Origin: Octopus sinensis
Taxonomy: Eukaryota
Reading direction: 5' to 3'
Length of the DNA: 64,000 nucleotides
Assembly (NCBI RefSeq): GCF_006345805.1
Contig: NC_042997.1
Location: 113,894,001 to 113,958,000 of the forward strand
Numbering within the stretch: position 1 is the first letter of the stretch; each line of letters opens with the position of its first letter. This document shows positions 15,091 through 26,055 of the stretch, piece after piece. The position numbers and the translations under genes were made by a program. Below the pieces are notes generated by a model. It did not search any database, had not been told where the DNA came from, and worked only from the letters and a program-made list of their open reading frames with translations.

Positions 15091-15599
15091 CCTATATGTA
15101 TATATATATTTATGTGTATATGTATACACATATATATATTTATACATACATGTATAAATGTATGCGTGTATATATGTATGTAGATATTTTTTTTTTACTT
15201 GTTTCAGTTACGAGACTGTGGCCATTCTGAGCCCCAGTACTTACTTTTTTAAGTCTGGTGCTTATTCTATCGGTTCCCTGTTTTGCGGGGATGTAAACAA
15301 ACCAACACCAGTTGTGGGGAACAAACACAAAGACACACCCACATATGCACACACACACACACACACACACATCGTCAGTAGTTCATAGATCTGAAAAAGA
15401 AGCCCACTCTAAAATATTAGAGCAGTATTATATATATATCATCATCATCATCTGTTCTCCAAGCTGGTATGGGTTGGATGGATTAACTGAGGTCTGCAGA
15501 GCCTTGTGGCTGCACCAGGTCTGATCTGGTAATGTTTCTACAGCTGGATGTCCCCTGAGAGTGTAGTGGGTGCTTTTTATGTGCCTCCGGCACATTTTC

Positions 15600-15727
15600 T
15601 AGGATGTTTGTTGTGATGACCAGTCAGAAGGTGATCATTGGTTTCACACCTATAGTTGAAAACACTTGCTGAAGAACCATGCAGTGGGACCAAACCAGGA
15701 ACCATATGGTGAGGAAGCAAGCTTCTT
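15600..15727 (-). mobile_element. 3' part of the tRNA-derived (CORE-like) SINE that hosts the ORF1-only element; its 5' part is at 17756-17785
   Basis: Removing the insert restores GCTGTGTGGTAAGAAGCTTGCTTCC-TCACCATATGGTTCCTGGTTTGGTCCCACTG, matching other SINE heads in the window (e.g. 35157, 42655-42717 minus). Confidence 0.75.
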
Positions 15728-17755
15728 TATTTCATTAAATTTGCCACAAGGGCAGCACACAGAGAGAAGCTTGAGGGCTAGACAGAGACATTAATGGGAT
15801 GAATGATGATGATATAAGGATGATAAGGATAGGAGAAGACGAAAAGCGCCCGCCGACTTTCGCTTCTCTAACACATTGTTCTTTTTTTCTTTTTTTTTTT
15901 AAAACAATGAGGCAATAAACCTCTTACACAGTTCAAAATTAAAAATAAAACACAAACGAGGTAATAATCCTCTCACTTTTTACATTTTTAGTCTCTTTTT
16001 GAGGTAATACACCTCTTCAATTTTTCCGCCCGGCCAGGCTCCTCGCTTCATCGAAGCACCTGGTCCGTTCCGAACTTAAAGGTTTCAACATAATTCTGAA
16101 GGAGTCCTTCTGGAAGGAGTTCGTTATCCTGCACAGATCGTTCTCCCATATGACCTCTGCAGCCACCTGCGAAGGCCACTCAGGGTCCTCCGTGTAGGAC
16201 AGAAGCCCCTCCCACCGGCACTTTCTCTCAATTTTTTTGATTTCATTTTGCAAGGTTCCTCCCTTGTGGAAGAGGACCAAAAATTCCTCCTCCAGCAGCA
16301 CACCCGCCAAAGGAGAATTGGGACACGCTGGCAGCGTGTCACAACCCGCCGGCAATGTCCCGTTTTTCTTTTTTCTTTTCTTTTTCCCTTGAGCTACGGG
16401 AGGGTGGTGTTCCCTTGCTGTGTCCAGCAGGTCCTCCTTTTCTCCCGCAGTTCTCGGGTTCCTCGGTGGGCAGCCATTGTTGCCCACCTTTCGCTTTCGT
16501 TTTTTCGAGGAGGTTTCTACCTCCTCGACATCCTCCTCCTTCTCTCCCTCCATTGAGGAAGCAGGGAGTGGTTCCTCTGTTAACTGCTGCAGGATCTTAT
16601 TTTGGTCCTTGGGGCAGTTTTTCTTGATGTGGCTGGTCCCCAGGCACAGGTGACACTTGGCGGGGCGTCCCTCAAGCATCACCGGATACCTAGACCCGGC
16701 CATCCTCAAAAAATCTGGGAAAACCAGACTTTCGGCTGATTGGGTGCATAGGGTCAACACAGCTTTTGACCCCTCCCAATCAGCCACAGGCAAAATTTTT
16801 ACGTTGAGCAGCTTGGTACTGCTGTCACCCAGACCCCGGCGGATAGAGTTCTCTATCCACTCATGCTCAACTCTGGGTAGCAAGCCGCAGACCCAAGCCC
16901 TTGTTAACTTCTTTCCACAATAACTGGGAAGAAACATTATTTCCTTCCCCTCGAGGGGCCGGCTTGCAAATTCGCAAGCTTTTTTGGGGGAGTCAAATAG
17001 CAACCAGACCATTGCAAATTTGACTCCCCGTGAAATAAATTTAATAGCTGGCATGTATTCTGCCAGCTCTTTCAAAATTGTGGCTTTCGGGAAGACGGTT
17101 ATGGTATCGAGTGACTTTGAATAAGTCCTCAACACCACCGTCTTCCTTTCGAGCTCTTTTAGCCATGATTTGGGAGGTGTTAATTCCCACACTAATATTT
17201 CCTTTGCCATTTTTTTTTTAAATAAAAAGTTCAAATACAGTTCGACAATACGTTTTCAAATAAAGGAAGATACATAAAAAAAGACAGAAGACACAACAGA
17301 AGGGAAGAAAAAATAAAATAACAGTTCAAATAAAGTTCTTTTTTTTTAAATAAATGATAGCTGTGAAAAGAGAGTTCAAATCCAGGCAAAGAAATAAATT
17401 TTCGGCTGAAAGGTACTCCTGGCCAATCCTTTTAATCCACGTGGGCACAAAAATTTTCAAATACAATTTCTCACAATTATGTGAGACAACACACACGTCT
17501 CCACTGCAAGGCAGACAAAAAGCTCCGAATCCAGTAAGGACTCCCTGCCTGTTCAAAAAAATAAAACCAACAGGCAACAAATCCTACTGGACTCACAAAG
17601 CAAAAAGTCTTACCTTACAGTAGAGCGTCTTTCAGTTCAACTTTTGCCAGCTGCATACCAGCGTGACGACTTCAACAGGTACGTGAAGAACACTGTTTTT
17701 GTTCTTTTTTCTTTTTAGGACGGAGCTCAAAGCTACACGTCTTCACAGTTCAGCC
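15728..17755 (-). mobile_element. ORF1-only non-autonomous retroposon, 2028 bp, with 15-bp TSD
   Basis: GGAAGCAAGCTTCTT occurs exactly at 15713-15727 and 17756-17770. One long ORF, no RT or endonuclease, 3' end CCCTTGTGGCAAATTTAATGAAATA. Confidence 0.85.
16017..17210 (-). CDS. LINE ORF1-like nucleic-acid-binding protein, 397 aa, with CCHC zinc knuckle
   Basis: Uninterrupted ORF from the ATG at 17210 (the track start at 17234 is a TTG). C-x2-C-x4-H-x4-C motif CHLCLGTSHIKKNC at 16655-16614; a tentative RRM-like N-terminal region; basic NLS-like patches KKRKRK and KKKRKKK. Architecture typical of L1/Tx1-like ORF1. Confidence 0.75.
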   Translation of the reverse strand: MAKEILVWELTPPKSWLKELERKTVVLRTYSKSLDTITVFPKATILKELAEYMPAIKFISRGVKFAMVWLLFDSPKKACEFASRPLEGKEIMFLPSYCGKKLTRAWVCGLLPRVEHEWIENSIRRGLGDSSTKLLNVKILPVADWEGSKAVLTLCTQSAESLVFPDFLRMAGSRYPVMLEGRPAKCHLCLGTSHIKKNCPKDQNKILQQLTEEPLPASSMEGEKEEDVEEVETSSKKRKRKVGNNGCPPRNPRTAGEKEDLLDTAREHHPPVAQGKKKRKKKNGTLPAGCDTLPACPNSPLAGVLLEEEFLVLFHKGGTLQNEIKKIERKCRWEGLLSYTEDPEWPSQVAAEVIWENDLCRITNSFQKDSFRIMLKPLSSERTRCFDEARSLAGRKN

Positions 17756-17806
17756 GGAAGCAAGCTTCTTACCACACAGCTATGCTTATACACATGTTTG
17801 CATATG

Positions 17807-17861
<55 letters not shown>

Positions 17862-18839
17862 TCACATACACATATCATCATCCTCATCACTTAGCATTTG
17901 TTGTCCAAGCTAGCATGGTTGGACAGTTTGACCAGGGCCGATAAGCTGAGGGGTTGCACCAGACTCCAGTCTGATTTGGCATGGTTTCTATGACTGGGTG
18001 CCCTTCCTAATGCCAACCACTCCGAGATATATGTACGTGTGTGTGTGTAATATATATACAAACACACACACGTACATATATACAATACATACATTTGTAT
18101 CACCTGTCTTGAGCAGACTGTTGGATACTGTTATACACCACTGGTCACAATGCAGTTCCAATTCTTTCTTGATTGTAACCTTCTTTTCCATCTTGGCCCA
18201 AATCATTTTCCCTTCATCATGAAGGCCTCCTGGCTTACCTTTTCTGATCTCTTGGAAACAACTCAGCAATTGCATATATCCACTTGTTGATCAACCTTGT
18301 GACATGTTCAGCACAGTAAAACTTGTGTGTATATATCCTCATCTTATCACCCTCCTCTGGCCCCTGTGCCAGTGGCACGTAAAAAGCACCCACTACAGTG
18401 GTTGGCGTTAGGAAGGGCATCCAGCTGTAGAAACACTGCCAGATCAGACTGGAGCCTGATGCAGCCTCCTGGCTTCCCAGACTCCGGTTGAACCATCCAA
18501 CCCATGCTAGTATGGAAAACGGACGTTAAATGATGATGATGATGATTATCATCATCATCATTTAACATCCATTTTCCATGCTGGATATGTTTGATAGTTT
18601 GACTCCTGTTATGGTAAGCTCGGGAACCACGTAGGGCTCCATTCTCTGTTTGGCATGGCTGGTTGCCCTTCTTAATGCCAACTACTTTTTACAGAGTGTA
18701 CTGGGTGCTTTTTATGTGGCACCAGGATTGGTATAAGTTCTGGTGTGGGGAAAAGGTCTTCTTGCATACAGCAAGTCAGTAGGTATTTCAGTCCGTTGTC
18801 ATCTCCTTCCTAAGGCTCATTTCAGTGTGTTGAGACTAG

Positions 18840-19330
18840 TGTTCAGTACTTCGTCCTATGTCTTCCTGGGTCTACCTCTTTCATAAGTTCCATCCCCTTT
18901 TAGTGATTGACACTTCTGTGTACAACTGTCTGCATTCATATGCATTACATGAACACGTCAACACAGTCCTCTCTCTTGCACACTGCATATAATTCCTCTT
19001 ATGCCTAACTTTTCTCTCAATACACTAGCGCTCTGCCATATACACTGACATTGCACATCCAGCAGAGAATACTAGCTTCATTCCTCTCTAGTGTGTGCAT
19101 GTCTTCTGTATTCAGGATCCACATCTCACAACCGTCTAGCATTGCTATTCATATCTATGCATCATACAATCTTCCTTTTACTTGGAGAGACCTTTCATTG
19201 CTAAGACAGGTGTCCTTTTCTTATTCTAGCAATTACACTTTCCATGCAGTCTATCCCACAGTTAATTAAGTCCTCTAGGTAGCAGAAATTATCCACTGCC
19301 TCTAAAGAACCTCTGGGGCATTCGAGAAAA
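18840..19330 (-). mobile_element. Degenerate RTE ORF C-terminal fragment
   Basis: Homologous by eye to 38430-38960 (GGTAGACCCAGGAAGAC and GCTAGTATTCTCTGCTGGATG segments). Confidence 0.7.
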
Positions 19331-19561
19331 TCAATTTCTCCAGTATCTGTAGCTTTTATGGATCCTGTATATTTTCCACATACAAATACTAATAAATATA
19401 TTTATTTATTTATTTCCATCCTATTTGTTAAAGGAGGCACAAGCACTTTTACACACACATATACACCATGACAGAACTTCCACCTACCAAATCTTCACAT
19501 AGCTTTGGTCAGCCTGAGGCTATTGTAGAAGGTCCTTGCTCTATGTGCCATGCAGTATATA

Positions 19562-19595
<34 letters not shown>

Positions 19596-20450
19596 ATCAG
19601 CAGAAGTTACAGTTTTTCACAGAACATAGGACCGGATATTGCTCGATGCTGGTGTTTGTAGATAGGGTTCAGCAATTAAGGAGTGAAGAATAGGTTTGGC
19701 GATACAAACAGGAAGACAGAACTCAAGACATGAGGATAAACATATATTTATTATTATTATTAATGAAAAAATATATTTACTCATGTTTTGAGTTCTATTT
19801 TCCTGTTCATATCACCAACCCTATATCATCACCATTTAATGTCTGTTTTCCATGCTGGCATGGGTTGGATACTTTGACAGGAGTTGGCAAGACCAGGGCC
19901 CACACTGGATTAGATAGTCTGTTTTTGACTTAGTTTCTATGGTTGGATGCCCTTCCTAATGCCAACGACTCCAAGAGTGTAGTGGGTGCTTTTTACATGC
20001 CACTGGCACAGGTGCCATTGACCTGACACTGGCATCGGCCATAACTACAGTCTCACTTGGCTTGATAGGTGAACACAAGCATGGTATATTGCCAAGGGTC
20101 TTGGTCACCTGCCCTCCATGAGGCCCAATACTCAAACAGTGCATGGGTGCCAGTCAGATGGCATTGGCATTGGCCACCACTACAATTTCACTCAGTTCAA
20201 CAGGTTTTCACAAACACAGCATATCACCCCATGATTGAAGAGTGCTTTTAACAGGCCAAATATACCTGTTACCTTGCTTCTCTTCCAGCCACTTGGTAAT
20301 ACTCCCTACTACCACCTTCCTTCCACGTTCTCCACACCTATTTATTAGCCTTTATTGTCTGTTCAATTCTAATTGTTCCACCACCATTTTACTTTCAGCT
20401 TGGTTAGGACTTTGCTTGAGCCACATGTTTGTTCAGTAACTCTGAGCAGG

Positions 20451-20507
<57 letters not shown>

Positions 20508-20689
20508 TATGTGAGTAATTAAGATTCAGTTGAATTAAGTACCTAAGTTGAAGCACCAAGTGAGTCCAATATTGTCCACACAGCTCGAAGTAAGGTGAAT
20601 GAAATCAAAATAAATAACAGGATGTCAAGTAATAATGCAGTACAACCATTTCAAGCGGCTCCATTTAATTGAATAATGTAATCATTACG

Positions 20690-20741
<52 letters not shown>

Positions 20742-20932
20742 AGAATTCACAAAAAAACAAAAGACAAAGACGGGTGGTGTAGACAACAAACAGATGTATT
20801 AATTTAACGTTTGGGAAGTAAAAAAGTCTTTAATGTTTCGAGCCTAGGCTCTTCCACAGAAAGGAATGCAGAAAGAAACAAGGAGAGAAAATAAAGAATG
20901 TGTAGTGCCTAGCGATCTATCATGCCGATATA

Positions 20933-21963
20933 TATATATTTGTAAAAAATGAAGTATGAAAATGCTGCTATATTAGACAAATTTTAATTTTTAACATGTT
21001 TCGGTTCTTGAAATGACGAACCTTATCAAAAAAAATTATATATAATAAAGAGAGTTCATGCTATATGTTTAAAGAGTATGATGTAATAGTTCATAATTGT
21101 GACATATATTCAATAGAGTCAAATATAAAAAATTCATATATAATAAAGGGAGTCCATGCTATATGTTTAAAGAGTATGATGTAGTAGTTCATAATTGTGA
21201 CATACATTCAATAGAGTCAAATATAAAAAATTCATGTTCTTGAAAAAGCGAGGAGTTCATTTTAGATTTTACCTTGTGTTCCAATGGGAGCAACAGTAAT
21301 GATTTTTGGTTGGTGTCTGTTCGTATTATTTTGGTGAATTTTGTGATTGTTGGGTTTATATCAGCTCAGCTATTGAATGTATGTCACAATTATGAACTAC
21401 TACATCATACTCTTTAAACATATAGCATGGACTCCCTTTATTATATATGAATTTTTTATATTTGACTCTATTGAATATTATATATGAATTTTAGCTCGTA
21501 TACGAGTGGGTATAGTTGACTCTATTGAATATTATATATGAAGATTAGCTTGTATACGAGTGGGTATATATTTGTAAAAAATGAAGTTTGAAAATGCTGC
21601 TATATTAGACAAATTTTAATTTTTAACATGTTTCGGTTCTTGAAATGACGAACCTTATCAAAAAAAATTATATATAATAAAGAGAGTTCATGCTATATGT
21701 TTAAAGAGTATGATGTAATAGTTCATAATTGTGACATATATTCAATAGAGTCAAATATAAAAAATTCATATATAATAAAGGGAGTCCATGCTATATGTTT
21801 AAAGAATATGATGTAGTAGTTCATAATTGTGACATACATTCAATAGCTGAGCTGATATAAACCCAACAATCACAAAATTCACCAAAATTATACGAACAGA
21901 CACCAACCAAAAATCATTACTGTTGCTCCCATTGGAACACAAGGTAAAATCTAAAATGAACTC
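20933..21963. repeat. Complex direct plus inverted duplication
   Basis: 20933-21214 is repeated at 21565-21846; 21253-21478 is the reverse complement of 21738-21963. Confidence 0.9.
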
Positions 21964-22627
21964 ATCATCATCATCATCATCATCATCATTTAACGTCCGC
22001 TTTCCATGCTAGCATGGGTTGGACGGTTCAACTGGGGTCTGGGGAGCCCGAAAGCTGCACCAGTCCAGTCAGATCTGGCAGTGTTTCTACAGCTGGATGC
22101 CCTTCCTAACGCCAACCACTCCGAGAGTGTAGTGGGTGATTTTATGTGCCACCGACACAGGTGCCAGACGAGGCTGGCAAACGGCCACGCTCGGATGGTG
22201 TTTTTTATGTGCCACCGACACAGGTGCCAGACGAGGCTGGCAGACGGCCACGCTCGGATGGTGTTTTTATGTGCCACCGACACAGGTGCCAGATGAGGCT
22301 GGCAAAACGGCCACGATCGGATGGTGCTTGTTACGTGCCCACAGCACGGAGGCCAGTTGATGCGGTACTGGCTACGGCCACGTTCGGATGGTTTTCTTGT
22401 GTGCCACGTGCCACCGGCACTGGTACCACAAGGATACAAATTCCATTGATGTTCATCTATTTTGATTTGTTTTGATTTGATTTTCACTTGCCTCAACAGG
22501 TCTTCACAAGTGTCACAAGAAGGAAGGTATGCACAGGTGGACTGACTACGTCCCAGGTAGGGGCCATGGGTTATGGCCTGACTAGTCTTGCCGGGTCTTC
22601 GGATGGTGTTTTTATGTGCCACCGACA
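21964..22627 (-). mobile_element. RTE 3'UTR copy with a homogeneous ~60-bp subrepeat array
   Basis: (ATC)n tail at 21964-21989, the conserved GTTAGGAAGGGCATCCAGCTGTAG motif, and near-identical subrepeats at 22138-22340. Confidence 0.9.
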
Positions 22628-22629
22628 CA

Positions 22630-22925
22630 ATATAATATATATATATATATATATAATAATATATATATATATATATAATATAATATATATATATATAATA
22701 TATAATATATATATAATATAATATATATAATATATATATTATATAATATATATATAATATAATATATATATATTATATATATATAATATAATATAATATA
22801 TATATATATATAATATATATATATATATAATATATATATAATATAATATATATATACATTATATATATATATATATATATATAAACACACACACATATAT
22901 GTGTGTGTGTGTGTATGTATATATA
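22630..22925. repeat. Compound (TA)/(TAA) microsatellite
   Basis: About 260 bp almost entirely A/T, followed by a CA/TG/TA mix. Confidence 0.95.
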
Positions 22926-23929
22926 TGTAAAGTCATGATGCAAACTTCTGGGCGTTTGTTCATTTTATGCTTCCTAAGTCTCTGTCTACTGCTCCTCTCA
23001 TCTGCCAATCCCTGTTCACTGCACTGTGTCACCCATGTAAGAGTAACACTAACAAAAAATTGCATCAGATCTGTTAACATCCAGTGCACTCCTTCACTAC
23101 CATCATTCTCTTACCATTGCTAGAAGGACTACCTATCACCTGTGCTTTTCCTCACAATAAACATCACCTCTCTCTCTATTTCTAGTAGCCACTATGCCTC
23201 ACATCTTAATCTCAGTTATTCATTATTGATGATATCCATCACAATCTCTTATTTCCACCCACTTTTACAACTATTGATCCCATTCTCTCTCTCTCTTCTA
23301 TTTCTCCCTTTTCTTTCATACTGTCACCCCAATCATTCTTGTCTTCCCTACTTCAAACACAGAGGACTTTTTCCATCTCACCCTAGTTCATATTCTACTT
23401 TTCCTTCCATAATGTCATCCCAGCCACTATCTGCCCCTTTTATACTTGGGCATCTTTCAATACTTTACTCCAGCTTATCTTCTGTAAATTCTATCTATTC
23501 TACCAACTCTAACAATCACATTCTTCAGAACAAACAGTAAGAGTATTGATCAGTATTGTATGGTTTTTTTTCTCTTGTGGGATACTTGACAACTTCACTA
23601 CTGCTGGTACCACAATAAAATGCACCCCAATAACTCCTTAAAATTGTTGAGAGGACCTTTTAAATTTGTCTAGTTAAGGAAATGATCTTGCTAGTGCCGT
23701 TTCCAGGATAACAGATATTTGGCATACTCCATAAAAAGGATTGGTGTTAGGAAAGGCACCCAGTTGTTGAAACCAAACCAATGTGAAATATGCAAGCAAG
23801 ATGTGGTACCTTGAGCCATCTGGGAGGGCAGTAATTGTGAATAAGAACTGACTGTGGTGACCTATCCAACCCATACCAGCTTGGGAAGCAAATACGAAGT
23901 GATGATCATAATTATCATCATCATCATAA

Positions 23930-25400
23930 TTGTTTAACGTTCGCTTTTCATGCTGGCATGGGTTGGACAGTTTGACTGAGGACTGGTAAGCCAGAGGATG
24001 GATGAGGCCCCAATCTGATCTGGCAATGTTTCTACAGCTGGATGCCCTTCCTAATGCCAACCACTCCGTGAGTGTAGTGGGTAATTTTTACGTCCCACCA
24101 GCACAGGGGCCAGAGGAAGTTGGCAATGGCCACAATTGGTTGGTGCTTTTTACATGCCAGTGGCATGGAAGCCAGTCAAGGCGGTGCTGGCATCGGCCAC
24201 GTTCAGATGGTGCTTTTTACATGCCACTGGCACAGGTATCACAACTACAATTTCCATTTGATTTTCATTTTGATGTTGATGTACTTGACTCAATAGGTCT
24301 CCTCAAACACAGCAGGTCATCCTATGATCCAAGGTACTTTTGAATAGGCTGGTGCCGCTTATGCAAAACTGGTGTAGAATACAGCCGTGAATTCACTTTA
24401 TTTGCCAGGTCTTCGCAGTCACAGCATATCTCCAGAGCTCTTGGACTTTCAGCATTGCCTCTGTGAGGGAGGCCAAACATTCGAAGGTCATGCTTCACTA
24501 CCTCATCCCATGTCTTCCTGGGTCTACCTCTACCCCGGATTCCTTCAACTGTTTGGGAGTAGCACTTCTTCACACAGCTCTCCTCATCCATCTGCAGTAC
24601 ATGACCATACCAGCGCAAACGTCTCTCTCTTGCATGCCACATCTGATACTTCTTATGTCTAACAGACCTGAGGGTGTGCGTGATGAGTTTGCATTCCTAC
24701 TTACTAGAACTTTGGTCTTTGCTACATTGACTCTTAGGCCTTTTGTTTCTAAACCTAGCTTCCACACCCGAAATTTCTTTTCTAGTTCCGGTAGTGATTC
24801 TGCTATCAGGGCCACGTCATCAGCATAGAGGGGCTCCCAGGGGCAACCTGTCTTGAATTCCTCTGTTATTGCCTGGAGAACTATGATGAATAAAAGGTGA
24901 CTGAGGGCTGATTCTTGGTGGACCCCTACTTCTACCCGGAATTCTTCACTATACTCATTGCCAATCCTAAACTTACTAACGGCCTCTCTGTACAGGGCCT
25001 GTACAGCCCTTATTAACCATCGCCCACATTTCGCATCGCCCACCAGATAAGGGATTGGGGGGACCCTGTCAAAGGCTTTCTGCAAGTCCACAAAAGCTAA
25101 GTATAGGGGTTTATCTTTAGCTAGGTATTTCTCTTGCAGTTGTCAAACCAGGAATATTGCATCAGTGGTGCTTCTGCCTAGCACAAAACTGAACTGCATC
25201 TCATCTAAGCAGACTCTCTCCCTGATGAGATGGGCTATGACCCTCTCCGTCATCTTCATCACCTGATCCAGTAATTTGATACCCCTGTAGTTATTTCCAT
25301 TTAGAGCATCACATTTACCTTTGTAGCAGTTGACCGTTGTGCTGCTATGCCAGCTGTTAGTTTGAATAAGGTATGACCTGGTAGGCTGTATCATGTTTTA
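23930..25400 (-). mobile_element. RTE LINE fragment with RT remnants and internal deletions
   Basis: Minus ORFs 25143-25394 (YRGIKLL), 24570-25091 (DLQKAFDRV, YADD) and 24322-24642 (RGRGRPRKTW). Confidence 0.92.
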
Positions 25401-25821
25401 GGTGTCTTTGTAGTCATGAACCAACATAGACAATCCTCTTAGCTTCCCCACTTTGACCCAATTGGTCCTCTTGAACTACAATTGAATAGAGTGGAGCAAC
25501 GTAAAGTGACATGTTTTACTCAAGGATACAAAGTGTGGCACAATTCAGGAGTCAAACACATAGCCTTGTAGAAACTGAATTTCTCTTCCCGGCTGAAATT
25601 TGAAACCGAATCTAAAAATTCTCTCCTGCCATTCCACCTATTGTTCTGTCAATAAAGTAACCATGATTAATGTGTTTCTCTCTTGACCTGTGAACCGTGA
25701 GTAATGGTTGACCTACATTGACCCACCTCTTGTTCTCTACAGTATGCACATCCATATGTGTATATTGTTAGAAATACAATCATTTGGAGAGACAACTGGC
25801 AGGCTGCCAGTTCAAAATACC

Positions 25822-26055
25822 TATTTCTTTACTACCCACAAGGGGCTAAACACAGAGAGGACAACCAAGGACAGACAAATGGATTAAATCGATTATATCG
25901 ACCCCAGTGCGTAACTGGCACTTCTTTAATCAACCCCGAAAGAATGAAAGGCAAAGTTGACCTTGGTGGAATTTGAACTCAGAACGTAGCGGTAGATGAA
26001 ATACCAGTAAGCATTTCGCCCGGTGTGCTAACGTTTCTGCCAGCTCGCCGCTTTA
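25822..26055 (-). mobile_element. tRNA-derived SINE of the GAAATA-tail family
   Basis: Head GGCGAGCTGGCAGAAACGTTAGC with B-box-like GAGTTCAAATTCC, central GCCTTTCATTCTTTCGGGGTTGAT domain, tail CCCCTTGTGGGTAGTAAAGAAATA; imperfect TSD 25806-25821 and 26056-26070. Confidence 0.9.

Noticed and set aside
16124-16923. Overlapping alternative-frame and antisense ORFs within the ORF1 gene
   Set aside because: Shadows of a GC-richer coding region with no recognisable motifs; the same applies to the antisense ORFs over HSPA5 and the RTE copies.
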